DNA of 64,000 bases, taken from NCBI RefSeq assembly GCF_006345805.1, contig NC_043015.1:53820002-53884001 (forward strand), written 5' to 3'. The translations under genes were made by a program, and so were the position numbers. The stretch is from Octopus sinensis (lineage: Eukaryota). The notes under the pieces were generated by a model that was not told the DNA's origin, did no database searches, and was given only the letters and a program-made list of their open reading frames with translations. This document shows positions 1-13,457 of this stretch, piece after piece (position 1 is the first letter of the stretch; each line of letters begins with the position of its first letter).

Positions 1-319
1 GTCCTGTACTCTATTTTTTGTTGTTTAAAAAAAATGTCCAGTTCCTTGGGTTTGTGTCTATGTTTTCGTTTCTCATTGTGTTCGACGTCCTTTTGGTGCC
101 CTGTACTCATATATGCGTGTATATATACATGTGAGGAGGTACGTACATATATGTATATATATATATATGCATATGTTTTATTTATTAATATATATATATA
201 TAATATATATAATATATATATATTATATATATAATATATATATATATACATACAACATATATATATATACGTACATACACGCACGTGTGCTTGTGTAGTG
301 TTCGTGTCTATTTTATCTC

Positions 320-480
320 TAACCACCGCTAAACAACCGGTGTTAGTGTTTTTCTATCCCCGTAACCTAGTGGTTAGAAAATAGTAACCGATATATTAAG
401 TACCAGGCTTTAAAAAAAAAACGAAAAGAAGTACTGGTGCTCCAGCATGGCTGCAAGTCGAATAACCTTAACAAGTTATA
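320..480 (+). mobile_element. SINE family A, degraded 3' fragment
   Basis: ccccgtaacctagtggtt...aagtaccaggctt...ggtgctccagcatggctgcaagtc matches the 3' half of the fuller copies at 26476-26874 and 58057-58487. Confidence 0.7.
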
Positions 481-1056
481 CATACAAGCTAAAACATCTT
501 GTACGATTCGAAGAAAATATTTGATTCTCTAATTGGAACAGCTGCGAAGGATAACCCATTGCTTCACGGAACCTTCAGGCATTTGGTTATAGGAGAAATC
601 TAAGCCAGCGTTTAACATGGCGTTAGCATGAGATTCCAAAAGTTGGTAAGAATTTTAGATCTGCTTGAGAGATTTCTCGAAGTTACTCTAGTGTGAAGCT
701 ACGTCCGGAGGTCGATAAATGCCATGTCAGCAAATTAGATTTACCTAATGCGAATACTAGGTCGGCAAATTCCGTTAACATAAAATTTACAGCTTCTGTT
801 ATTTATGCGTCTGGTGGTGATAGAATGGGGATCTCGTTTTGTAAGCTGGGTTATACATACATGCATTTCTGTAGTTGTGTGCCGATGCATATGTATGTGT
901 GTGTGTGTGTGTGTGTGGTGTGTGTGTGGTGTGTTTGGTGTGCGCGCTTGAGTATATGTATGCGTCTGTGCGCGCGTGTGTATGTGATCGCATATATATA
1001 TAAATCTACCAATCTATCTATCTATAAGTGTGTGTGCATATATATATATGCATGTT

Positions 1057-1087
<31 letters not shown>

Positions 1088-1208
1088 CATTCAAATGTAT
1101 GTGTCTGTGTGTGTGAAGGAATTTATATATCGTTTATACACACACTCAAACACACGTTTATATATATATATATATGTATGTATATATACATATATATATA
1201 TACGTATA

Positions 1209-1260
<52 letters not shown>

Positions 1261-1744
1261 CACACATGTGAGTGTGTGTCTGTATGCACATGCAGATTTA
1301 TAAATTTACACACATACCTACATACACACACCTACACACACATATGCACACGCACATACTCACTAAGAACTTCCCTGCATCGCTGGTTAGCAACCGTTCT
1401 CTGATATAATTCGATTATATATGTTACAGATATGACTAAGATTATCTGAGAATATATTAATGAAGGTATATTTCCGAGGCAGATAATTAATCCAATTCTT
1501 CGTTTTTCCGCCCAGCTAATCAGAAAAGCCATTCCATTAGACTAGTTATTAAATAGAGGATTCTTCCTTAGACATAGCAGCACAGGCGACATATTGTCAA
1601 ATGACATTGTTAATTTGAAGCACTTCAAAGGAAAGTCTTGCAACAGAAATTTTCCCTACTTTCTTTACGAAAGGCAAATCTATGCACGTATGTGCTTCCG
1701 TACACATTCCGATAAGAGTCACTGGGCATCTCCTGTTCTCCCTT

Positions 1745-1753
1745 CTCTCTCTT

Positions 1754-1808
<55 letters not shown>

Positions 1809-1845
1809 CTTTTTCTCTCCTTCCCTCTCTGCTTCTCTCTTTCTG

Positions 1846-1938
<93 letters not shown>

Positions 1939-1952
1939 TTATCTATCTATCA
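1745..1952. repeat. (CT)n/(CTTT)n/(CTAT)n compound microsatellite
   Basis: Direct reading; representative of dozens of similar arrays in the window. Confidence 0.95.
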
Positions 1953-2489
1953 CCGTCTCGTTTTTCGATTACAACTCATTGTATACGTACATGCGCATAA
2001 GCATGTGAGCTTGTACTTACATACACATGTGTATGTGTGTGTGTATTTTATGTTTATGTATATATATATAGATACATATACATATGTGTATGTATAAATA
2101 TATGCATATATATGGATATATAAGCTTGTGCGATGTGCATTAGACATGTATGTTCTCTGTAGGAAGACACCTCAACTCGCTTCTCACTTTCCAACATATA
2201 TATATATATATATATATATAGATGTGTGTGTGTGTGTGTGTGCGTATACAGTTGTATCGTAAATATATATACATATATAGTAGACAGATATACATATATA
2301 CATATATACACATATATATATATATAAGTATATATGTATATATGTATATATATATATCTATCTATCTATCTATATATATATATATATTTGTATATATATA
2401 TATACATACAAACACACGCACACACACATACATATATATATATATATACACTTATATGTATATATACGAAGCTGTATCCATTTAAACTT

Positions 2490-2790
2490 TCTTGTAAGGA
2501 GGGGAATCTCTGGTACCTTTATCGATCAAATATCAATCGGCTCGATGTCTTTCGCAAGCGATGCCATCGAACCATGTGCAGATACAGCCTGACTGATGGA
2601 ATTTTGAATATCGATCTATTCTCTCTAAATGTAAAATTCCCTTGTTTTGAATCCTTTCTTTTGCAATTCTAATTAAGACGGGGCGGACATATCACCAGAA
2701 TGAGTTAAAATAAAATTCTTAAAGTCCACGCTTATCATGGCGGATTATCTGCTACCAAGTCAGACTTGCAGCCTGTGTTTATGAAGCAGG
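2490..2790 (+). mobile_element. RTE-like LINE ORF C-terminal remnant
   Basis: Translates as [24 protein letters not shown]...FESFLLQF*LRRA(D)..., resembling the RTE post-RT motif WTLY..LD.FH.RCLR.I...ES.L...QLRWAGH..RM; contains stops. Confidence 0.55.
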
Positions 2791-2894
2791 GTACATTTAG
2801 TTTTAACCCTTTCTCTTCCATATTCTCAAGATCTGCGCTTCTTGAACGTTTTCATTCCTGAGCCTATTTTTCATCACGTGATTTTTCACGACCC

Positions 2895-3129
2895 TACGTA
2901 TTAAATATGAAATAAAGCGTACAAAAAAATACATGAATCATTTTTTTCTGAATAACATACATATAAAAAAATGTAATAATATTTGTCAAAATAAAAGTAG
3001 TTTTAGGATTTGTTTCAAGTACAAAAATAAGCCAAAGTTTAAAAAAATAAAGCGAAGTAAAAATCGCGACCCTAGTATTTCGTTTCGCGACCCCATTTTG
3101 AGTGGCGACCCATAGTTTAAGAAGCGCTG
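2895..3129 (+). mobile_element. hAT-like non-autonomous element, 3' end
   Basis: Repeated cgcgaccc subterminal motifs ending in tttaagaagcgctg, similar to hAT/Charlie-type termini (CAG...TT.TCAA). Confidence 0.45.
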
Positions 3130-3403
3130 CACTTGATAGTAGTTTACGTACTTTATCCTCTATTTCAGGAGCTCTTTTTATTCTGGACTTCATTTATGGA
3201 TACCTAAATCATTATTATGATGATTGTGTACAACAGTATACGTAAAAACGAGGTTTAAAGCGACCGTGTATTATTAGTAACTCTCTAAGTTCTGATTACA
3301 AATGCTAATGTTTTCTTTTGCATCATCGAAGGCATTTCGGCTTCACGATCCTTTGACAATTTATAAATGGGACCACATTTGCAAATAAGGATTACTTTTA
3401 AGT

Positions 3404-3600
3404 CGCATGGTTAAGTGGTTAGGGGTGTTGGACTCATGATCGTAACATTGTGGTTTCGATTCGTGGACCGTGCAACGCGTTGTGTTCTTGAGCAAAACAC
3501 TTCATTTCATGTTGTTCCAGTCCACTCAGCTGACAAAAATGAGTAATCCTGCGACGGACCGGCGTACCATCCAGTATTACAGTAACCCCTCTAATATCGC
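3404..3600 (+). mobile_element. tRNA-derived SINE family C (head and central part)
   Basis: A box tggttaagtggttagg, B box ggtttcgattc, then ttgtgttcttgagcaaaacactt shared with 27998-28295. Confidence 0.8.
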
Positions 3601-3661
3601 GGGTGTTACGTTCCAAAATCCCCCGCGATAGGTAAAAATCCGCGAAGTAGAAACAGTACTG

Positions 3662-3697
<36 letters not shown>

Positions 3698-4587
3698 TTT
3701 ATAATTTGTATATATTTATTTTATTATAAATATAAAACAACACCACAGAAATTAAATGCGTAATGATAGCAGGCAAAGCTGACATCAGCGTGGTCTGAAC
3801 CCAGATCGCAGTGAATCGGAGCGTATTTTAATAGGAGTTTAATACCTCATAAGATATAAATTAGATATTTTTAGCATTGAGTTTCAATCCTTTACTGTCT
3901 TCCATATGTGTCATATTTCCGAGATCAATAAAATAAATCTCAAGCCATGATTTGCATGCAATTGAATCCAATGTATTGATCTGTAAATTGCGTGGCGATG
4001 AATCAACATTAGAATCCGTCGGTCAAGCCCTCATTGATTTTCGCAAGTTCCGCTTGGAAAAGAAAATTGATGTTGGAGAGGAAGGGCTTGTTTCATAGTG
4101 AATTTGAGAAAAAGGTGGGCGACAGTGACTAGACTCGCTCTAAGCATCAGCCTTATAGATTAGAGAGAAGCAACTAGCTGAGGGGCTCTCATGACTTTGG
4201 GAAGTAAGGTTATCCTGGAACTGTGGGGTTCCTTTATTGGTCACAGTTGGAAATATCCTTCTGTATTATGAAGACTGTATCAATCATGAGTATTTTTATG
4301 TCATTTTACTTACCACCCTTATCGTTTCCGACTTTTATATAAAACCTCCTTATAGATTTGTAAACTGTCCTCCTAATATCTCTTTCAACTGAGATTGTTA
4401 TGGCAATCATCTTCATCATCATCATCATCCTCCTATGATGAAAACTCTCAGCTTGTTTTGCTGTGTACATGGGAAAGTGTCAGCTGTCCACAGCCAGCAG
4501 ACTAAGGTGAAACTTGTTTGCTAGTCATGCTTCAAGAACCCTGCGGAGATTGCTTGCAGTTCCAAGCAATGATGATTTTTCTAAGTA

Positions 4588-4818
4588 ATACAGTTCTATA
4601 TTTAAGAGAGGAGGAATCCTTTACATTATTTACATTATTTACATTTGACGGATATTTGTCCTCATCTTGTCAGTTGTTAACACAATATTTCGGCTGATAT
4701 ATCCTTCAGGCTTCATCAGGTATCTTGGGAAAATTTTGAACCTGGGTTCTCATTCCTAAGGTCTAGAATAGAACTCAGAATCTTGGGGTTAGTAGCCCGC
4801 ACTCTTAACTACTACTCC
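4588..4818 (-). mobile_element. tRNA-headed SINE-like element with hammerhead-containing tail (family H1)
   Basis: Minus strand: tRNA-like head (4818-4766), HHR motif (4724-4679), then an (AATGTAAAT)n tail. The tail is shared with 37142-37290. Confidence 0.75.
4679..4724 (-). ncRNA. Type I hammerhead ribozyme, minimal, partly decayed (H1)
   Basis: GAUAC-CUGAUGA-A-GCCUG-loop-CAGCC-GAAA-UA-UU-GUGUU; stem I intact, one C-C mismatch in stem II, palindromic AAUAUU stem III. Confidence 0.7.
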
Positions 4819-4828
4819 TACGAGTATA

Positions 4829-4892
4829 TGGTGTAGTGGTTAAGAGCGCAGGCGATTAACCCCAAGATCCCGAGTTCTATTCCCGGCAGTGA

Positions 4893-4939
<47 letters not shown>

Positions 4940-4970
4940 TAATAATAATAATAATAATGATAATAATAAT
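4829..4970 (+). mobile_element. Inverted copy of the H1 tRNA-like head followed by (AAT)n
   Basis: 4833-4882 is the reverse complement of 4766-4815 with about 7 mismatches in 50 bp. Confidence 0.75.
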
Positions 4971-5019
4971 GCTATTTTTTTGCTAACATTTATTTTCCTG
5001 TTTGTATGTATTCCATAAT

Positions 5020-5560
5020 CCCATAAGATGGTAACATTCTCTCCCTTAGTGGCTAACTCTGGATGGTGTTCATACCAGTTCTTAGGGTAACGGATATCCT
5101 AGTGGCGGCATATGCCTCAGTGCAATTATTTGCCAACACGATCATGCCTGCTTTTATATTCTGTGGGTGTAAGGACTTAGCAGCCGGCAACACTATGGGC
5201 AACACTCACGAGTTTGTCATTGCAGAGTCAACACTTTGTATCATTAGCTTGATAGTTCCGAGTGAGGAGACGCTCATGTTCTGCTGTTAGGATAAATCCA
5301 TCTGTTTCAGTTTTCAAGTCAACACTCTGTAGCCATTGATGGGTTCTTCTTCTACCTACACCATCTTGCCCAGCTCCTTTGGAATATTGCCTATGCAATG
5401 ATTTTTCTTGTCACAGTGTTGATGTTACTTCAGACGGTGTTACTTTAGGTGTACACCTGGCGTCCTATCCTAGTCGTTTTATGGATGTTTCAAGCAGGAT
5501 TAAGCATCTACCACCTTCCTTTCGTGGGAGATAGAGCCTGGGGACGTCTGATTTTCAGTT
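5020..5560 (-). mobile_element. Dong/R4-clade LINE remnant (CCHC to restriction-like endonuclease region)
   Basis: Minus-strand frames give TDGFILTAEHERLLTRNYQAN, PTEYKSRHDRVGK and WYEHHP, typical of R4/Dong; frameshifted. Confidence 0.8.
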
Positions 5561-5881
5561 GTACATCTCGATATACATCTTTTGCAAATCGATCTGCCTA
5601 ACTTGTTCGTCCTTACATTTACTCTTCTACCTACTCAAATTTAAAACTCCTGAGCACTACGAAGTGTATTCTATACAAGGAATATCTGTCTCCAATCTCT
5701 CTCACCCTTTCTCTCTCTTTCTCTCTCTCTCTCTCCCTCTCTCTCTCTCTCTTTCTCTCTCTTTCTCTGTCCCTATCTCTCTCTATATATATATGTGTGT
5801 GTATATTATGTATGTATGTACGTATATACGTATGTACGTATGTACGTTTGTATGTATGTATGTATATATATATATATATAT

Positions 5882-5938
<57 letters not shown>

Positions 5939-7324
5939 AAGAAAGATGGATAGATAGATGGATAGATAGATAGATAGACAGATATATATATATATATATA
6001 TGAATACATATATATGTATTTATATACATGTGTGTATATATGTATCTATCTATATATATATATGTATACGCGCATACATATATATGCGCACACACATATA
6101 TATATGCGCACACACATATATATAAATACATACACCCCCCACACACACAAACACACAAATACGTTTGTGTACATTTTTCCTCCTATTTTCTGCTGCGGTA
6201 AACGTTGCACGCTGGGATTGACTTCCTCGTACAAAATCTTCAAAGTTTCTGGTTCCTGCGGTGATACATGAACTCACGGCTGTTCGGACGAGAGCCTGAC
6301 ACCTAACCTAACCTTCAATTACATCTATTAGTAAACAGAAACAGTATTCTCGTGCTAACGGCCAAAACCCTAAACCATATCTCCGGCCGGTGGAGGAGTC
6401 GGATAGCCGCACACACATTCAAATCGCCTAACACAATCGATAATGGCGACCTCGCTTTACTTTGCTTTCCTTCGTTTTGCTTCGCTTCTTCTTGCTTTGC
6501 TAATGTAATCGGGATCTACCCGAACAAACAACGGTAGCAACAAATAACAATGGCGGCAGCGACAACAACTACAAGAAAAATTATAGGAAATGGATTCAAC
6601 CACAGCAACGAAACCGCCATTACATTAAAGTTTCAAAATCGATAAATACAGGAGGGAGTTCGAATTACATAAGATTTATCGTCTTAGTTCAAGCAATGAA
6701 TGGTAAAGCTGTGCAGTAAGCGTTAAAAGAAAAATATATTCGTTGGCAAAGCCGGAGCAAAGAATGATGGGATTGCAATTAAGCGGCATTAGGAGATTGT
6801 AATTAGATCTGTACGTTGTATTGGAAGGGAATGATTAGGTGAGAATTGTAATGCAATTAAGAGTGTTAATGAAGTGGATCTGTAACATAAAGCTTGGTAG
6901 GAGGTAATTAAGCGAGAGAAGTTGAGGTCTTCATCGCATCATGGGCTCAGGTATTTGACTGACGTGTGTCATGTTGTAAGAGAAGGGATGACACGCAACA
7001 GTTTTGCGGCGATGAGAAACGATCAGATGCACAGAGATACGTCACCCCGGTCACACGGACAAATAAAGTATGCGCGCAACACACAATATGCACACACACA
7101 CGCAGACACACATATATATACATATATATATACATACATATATATATGCGAATATATATTTACAGGTATACATGCATACATATATATGCATATATATATA
7201 TGTATATATGTATATATATATAATAATAAAATATTAGGGAATAAATCCAAACTTACAGGGAAAAATCAGATTTAGGATTGAATCCAATTTTATAGTAAAA
7301 TATTATATTATATTAAAATAGAGA

Positions 7325-7475
7325 ATTAGGTAAATCATACAATGAAAAACTCAAGCCAATACATAAGATTAATTAATTTATATTATTTAAAAATAATTTA
7401 AAATAAAATTAAAATAATATAAATTAATTAATCTTATGTATTGGCTTGAGTTTTTCATTGTATGATTTACCTAAT
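7325..7475. repeat. Essentially perfect ~64-bp inverted repeat with ~23-bp AT-rich loop
   Basis: attaggtaaatcatac...tttatattattt (7325-7388) versus aaataatataaa...gatttacctaat (7412-7475). Confidence 0.9.
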
Positions 7476-7526
7476 AGTGGTTTTATCTCTAACTTAATTA
7501 TAATATATATATATATATATATATAT

Positions 7527-7885
7527 CATCCGAGACTTGGACCACGGGCTATACGTCCCCTGCCATAAATTCAAGATCACAACATACATGTACACTGCAA
7601 CATAATTTCTTTTCCTTCAACAGGCCCTGCCCTATTTAACATTGTCCCGAGGGAGATCAAAGAGGAAAAGGATCCCTCAACTTCAAACAGAGTCTGGATA
7701 GATTCCTTCAAAGAATACCAGATAAGCCCCCATAATTGGATACAACTCACCCAACAAGAACTCACTACTTGAACAAAACTTGACTTAAACAGGATTCGAA
7801 TAATCCTATCAGGTGGTGCTATTAAGTTAGACATGGCCTGGACCAATCTCTGGTCGAAACATATCTAAGTTTTATCTAAGTTTTA
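7527..7885 (+). mobile_element. CR1-like LINE, 5'-truncated 3' end
   Basis: Aligns with 63020-63385 (HPRLGPRAIRPLP; GPALFNIVPREIK); terminal stem-loop and (TCTAAGTTTTA)2 tail; flanked by (TA)n. Confidence 0.85.
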
Positions 7886-7967
7886 TATATATATACACAC
7901 ACATGAATATTTATAAATATATGTGTGTGTATGTGTGTGTGTGTGTTTGTGCATGCAGATAAATAGG

Positions 7968-8052
<85 letters not shown>

Positions 8053-9611
8053 GCACTAATGCAAATCATTGCATACAGACGCATGGGAACACATGAATAC
8101 ATAGACACCCAGACATATATTTACACATATTATAATCAATCCCTCAAGTCATTTGATATTATATATATAACCAACGACATAGCATTGCTCAAGTTACCTA
8201 AATGATACGAATTTCAACGGTAAAGTTATATTATTCTCAGTAAATCCTCAACTCAGCATTGTAAGCTTAAGACTCCGTATTTCAAATTGGCTCCGCGATA
8301 TTTTGTTCCGTCTGGGTACCATTACATTACTGGAATGTTATCGCAACCCTGACTCGCACAGAGCCTGCTTTCATTTCTTCTTCAAGAACACCATGGTGCT
8401 TCTCGACAATACTTTAATTTACTCAATAGTAGTTTCTCTAGTAACTGAGAAAAGTTACCCGATTATCTGGGAGTGCTTCTAAGATACTCTGGTCTCTCAT
8501 CCACGAGGAGTTTATTATTTACCTGTAATTACTATCCTTTTAACTGACAATATTTTCTGAGCTTGGCTGGAATCCTATTCATGAAAAAATGATTGTCATA
8601 TCTCTTAATAATCGGAACCATTTCATGTGGAACTATTTCCTGCGAGAACTGCCAGCCTATTTAAATGTATCTCTCATCTCTAGAGAAATCGAGTTTTTCT
8701 TGAGATGGATTTTCTACCCAAGATCGGTGAGTTTCATATCTCCCAGTAATTGGGGCCATATCACTTGGAAACACTAGTATTACATCTTTCATTGATAGTA
8801 AGTGGTACCATTTCGAAAAGACTTTTAATTTATCTCAGTGGAAGCTTATCTTTCGTTTGTTAGTAACTTGAACCAGATTATCTGGGTTTGTTATCGCAAT
8901 TGAATTTATAACCCTCTTAGTTTAGTAACTGTTTGTAGATCATCTTACAATGTTTCTTGCTTTATACTAGTCTCTTATGCAAAGAGAAATGTATTTCTCG
9001 TATTGTATTTCGGAACAGTCGTTGGGCCAAAAATGAATACACGCACTGGATGTGTTTCACTTCTATATTTTTATTTGTCATCTAGTTAATCAGTTGAAAC
9101 AATTAACTAATCACTTCTTTAGTTAATCGATCGTTCAATCGATCAATAATGGTTTGTCAAAGTCTCTTCGTCGTTCGTGACCTTATCAATGACATGGCCT
9201 CACTAGAACCGGAACGGAAAGGTTATAAATGGCAACCAAAGGCGTTTGACAAATCTAGCTCATTAATTGATTGATTGATTGATTGATTGACCGAACAGTT
9301 AAACAAGTAATCAATTAGTTAATTGGTTAAAAGGTTAACCAATTCTGAAATGAAATGGCATACAACCAGTGTGTAAGAAATGATACGGACTCCAAATCTA
9401 TTCAATTCAGTTCTTGAAAACAAGACTGTAGAGGTTCAAAAATGCCGGATTTGGATTCAGATAATCCCTTATTTCAAATTAACAATAAAAAACTGACAAG
9501 TAAATAAGAAAAATGTAATATAAAAACGTAAAACTTGCACAAAGTCACGTACTTCACGTAGGGTACATGCGTGTTTGTGGTTGTATACATATGTGTGTAT
9601 ATGTATATATG

Positions 9612-9644
<33 letters not shown>

Positions 9645-9793
9645 AGTTATCTATCGCTATATACACACAGACACACATATACATTATATATACAATAACA
9701 TACATACATACATACATACATTACATACATCATACATACGTACATATATAATATATTATATATAATGCATATATATATATATATATATAATCT

Positions 9794-9846
<53 letters not shown>

Positions 9847-10133
9847 CAATGAATGATTAATTATCCTTTGTTTACCGTTAACATGGAAAATTCAATAAAC
9901 ATTTACCAGGGTAGCAAAAGTCTTTGAAAATTTTTTCAACCAATATATCCCTCTTTACTTGTTCTCTACTTATTATTTCTTTACCCCTTCTCTTCCTAGT
10001 GTCTGCCTTTGACGTCGAATCTACTAACGATTTTTAAAAAATACTTGATAGCGTTCTGTTTATCATTTATGCAGTCATCAAAATTGGTATGATGTCTTGT
10101 TGTTGAGATAGGTTCTCTTTCGCTACCTTAATG

Positions 10134-10197
<64 letters not shown>

Positions 10198-10220
10198 TAA
10201 TAATGATAATAATAATAATA

Positions 10221-10500
10221 TGTTGAGAGGGATTCTTTGGGGTTTGAATAATTAAACTCTGGAAACATGGGTGTTTCGTTCAACATCCTTAAACAACCCT
10301 TATTCAGGGACCTTCTAATTGGGCCCCACCTGCATGGTCATGTGCTGTTTATCTTGATATGAGATCACCATGTCGTGCACATATGGTTGTGATGCATATG
10401 CCTAGTGTACCCTTATCAGACGGGTAGTCATGATGGGTATACTGGGCTTCGTATATTTTACTCCAGTGTCACTTTGATGGCATGCACTGCTCTCTCACTC
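10221..10500 (+). mobile_element. 5'-truncated copy of the 540-bp (AAT)n-embedded element
   Basis: Matches 38959-39273 with a 35-bp internal deletion; same 3' end; (AAT)n on both sides. Confidence 0.85.
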
Positions 10501-10554
10501 AATAATATAATAATAATAATAATAATAATAAAATAATTAATATATATATAATGA

Positions 10555-10963
10555 TAATGGTTTCAAATTTTTCCACAAAGGCAGCAATTTTGGGGAAGGG
10601 CATGAGTCGATTTCATCGACCCCAGTGTTTCACTGGTACTTATTTTATCGACCTCAAAGGATGAAAGGCAAAGTCGACCGCGGCGGAATTTGATCTCACA
10701 ACGTACAGATGAACGAAATACCTATTTCTTTACTGCCCGCAAGGAACTACACACAGAGGGGACAAACAAGGACAAACAAGGACAAACAAACGGATTAAGT
10801 CGATTATATCGACCCCAGTGCGTAACTGGTACTTATTTCATCGACCTTGAAAGGATGAAAGGCAAAGTCGACCTCGGTGGAGTTTGAACTCAGAACGTAA
10901 AGACGAACGAAATACCGCTAAGCATATCGCCCGGCGTGCTAACGATTCTATAACTCGCTGCCT
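10555..10963 (-). mobile_element. tRNA-derived SINE family B, dimeric
   Basis: Minus-strand head ggcagcgagtt..gaatcgttagcacgccgggcg, B box gagttcaaa; the ccgaggtcgactttgcctttcatcc...gtcgat unit occurs twice; an extra head fragment lies at about 11010-11066. Confidence 0.85.
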
Positions 10964-11756
10964 TAATAAAGGTAATATTAATAATCTTTTAATCAGAGCG
11001 TAAAATGATTGAGATGCCGCTAAGCATTTGGTCCGGCGTGTTAAACATTCTGCCAGCTCACTGCTTTAATTTAACGAAATGGTGATCGCAGAAAACTTCA
11101 ACGTATCAGAATAAGTTTAATATTTTAAATTCTTAGCGAAATTTTAAGTCTTTTCTCTGAAACTTATTCTCATATTTGATTCACTTTGTGTAAAATCCTC
11201 CGAACTATTTTCAGTAAAATCTTTAATAATTTTCAATAAACAAGTCTCATTCAAATATAAAGCATGTATGTTAAGCCACTGCACTAATCGCATGACATTT
11301 TCTGCTTATTTCATTGACATCGTCGTCGTCCTTGACGTCACAGGTACACTAATATTATGCCTCTGTGTGTGTGCGTTTGTGTGTGGGTGTGGGTGTGTTC
11401 ATATTGGTATAAGCTGACATAAGGACGTCACCTACATACAAGCGTGCAATGATCTCTGAATTTTTAATGTCTGTGTATGGAGGATATTGATAAAGACGAA
11501 TATGCAAAAGGACCAAGTGAATGACAGGTACTCAGACAGCTCAGAAAGGGTCTGAGTGTTTAGATTGATAGGTAAGTAAGTAGATGCATATATAGGTGGG
11601 GTATTTATGCACATCCAAATAAACGTATAATACGGAAATAAATAGATACCTATATGATAAATAGATCTATCGATTCATAGATAGATAGATAGGAAGACGC
11701 ACGGAAAAATAGTAAGGTAATATAATATATATATATATATTATATATATATATATA

Positions 11757-11795
<39 letters not shown>

Positions 11796-12064
11796 TTACA
11801 TATATATATATTCATATATATATAAATATATGTATGTATGTATATATTACATTATATAGACATATATATACACACATATATATATACATATATGTATATA
11901 GATGTATATACATATACAAATCATATAATATATGCATATATGTATGTATGTACGTATATATGTCAATATATATTACATATATATATTATTATGTATATAT
12001 ATAGATATATATACATATATATTATAGATATAATATATATATATATTATATATATATATACATG

Positions 12065-12095
<31 letters not shown>

Positions 12096-12640
12096 ATTAT
12101 ATATATACATATATGCATGGATATATACATATACACATGTATATATATACATGTATATATATATATTACACATATACATATATACACATGCATATATACA
12201 TACAGAAAGAGTGTGAGATGACAGAAAGTCAGACAGACAGACAAAAAACGAGAGTGAGACCTAGATGCATACATAAATAATAAAATGATATAGAGATAGA
12301 GTGATAGATAAACGGAAAGACAAACAGACATATCTAGGTAGACGCTTACCTTTCCGATAAAGTGCATTGTATTATAATCGCATTTCTTGGCGGGAAGAGA
12401 AAAAGCGAAAGCTAAAGAGAGCAGACATTGTTGTATTCAAGCATCTATATAACGCTGACGAACAGAAAAATAAATAGAGAATTCTTTTCTTAGAGTGATT
12501 TTTGAGATTGTATAAAATGAATTGTAAGAATTGTATTGAGTTGAACGACAGGTTTATTGAGAGAAAGGAGCATCGGTGTAATGTGGACGCCCTGACATGT
12601 GTGCAAGTACACAAACGTGGCAACACACGTATGTGCGCGC

Positions 12641-12695
<55 letters not shown>

Positions 12696-12704
12696 AGATA
12701 TATG

Positions 12705-12739
<35 letters not shown>

Positions 12740-13424
12740 CATATTCATATATATATATATCTATGTATACATATACATACATATACATATGCATATATAT
12801 AAATATATGTATACATAGGCAGATATATATATATATACATATACATACATATACATATACAATAATATATGGAGTTATATATATATATATGTTACATATA
12901 TACACATATATATATATATAAATAATATTATTTATATATACATATATAAATACACACAACACTCACATGCGCATGCATGTATGTACGTATGTATGTGTAT
13001 ATAAATATATAAATATATATGTACGTTTATAATATATATGCGCATACAGGTATATACGCACGGGCACACACATACACACAGAGACACTGATGCACACTCA
13101 CACACACAACACGCAATCATGCATGCGTATCTCTACACACACGTGAGAAACGCGTCAAGCATGCGGAGCCAAATCTAGTCATCCTATTTTTGCAGACAAC
13201 TAAGGGAAGCCTTTGGATCGAACACAGAACTATTTGAATACCATCACGTAGCACAAAGCACTCTGCACTGGGATGGCTATTTGCATTCATATTGGAGAAC
13301 TCACGGTTATGCGCACGCACACAAATACGCGCGCGAACACACACACACTAATACACACTCATACACACATGCACCAACACTCAACCAGTCTTACCGTTTA
13401 TCGAATTGTTTATTTGTGTGTGTG

Positions 13425-13457
<33 letters not shown>

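Noticed and set aside
6270-6660. CpG-rich segment with CCTAACCTAACC and a short ATG ORF
   Set aside because: The ORF is only 31 aa, the telomere-like motif has only two units, and there is no promoter evidence.
9080-9340. Degenerate inverted repeat around (ATTG)n
   Set aside because: Only short AT-rich matches; cannot be distinguished from low-complexity coincidence.
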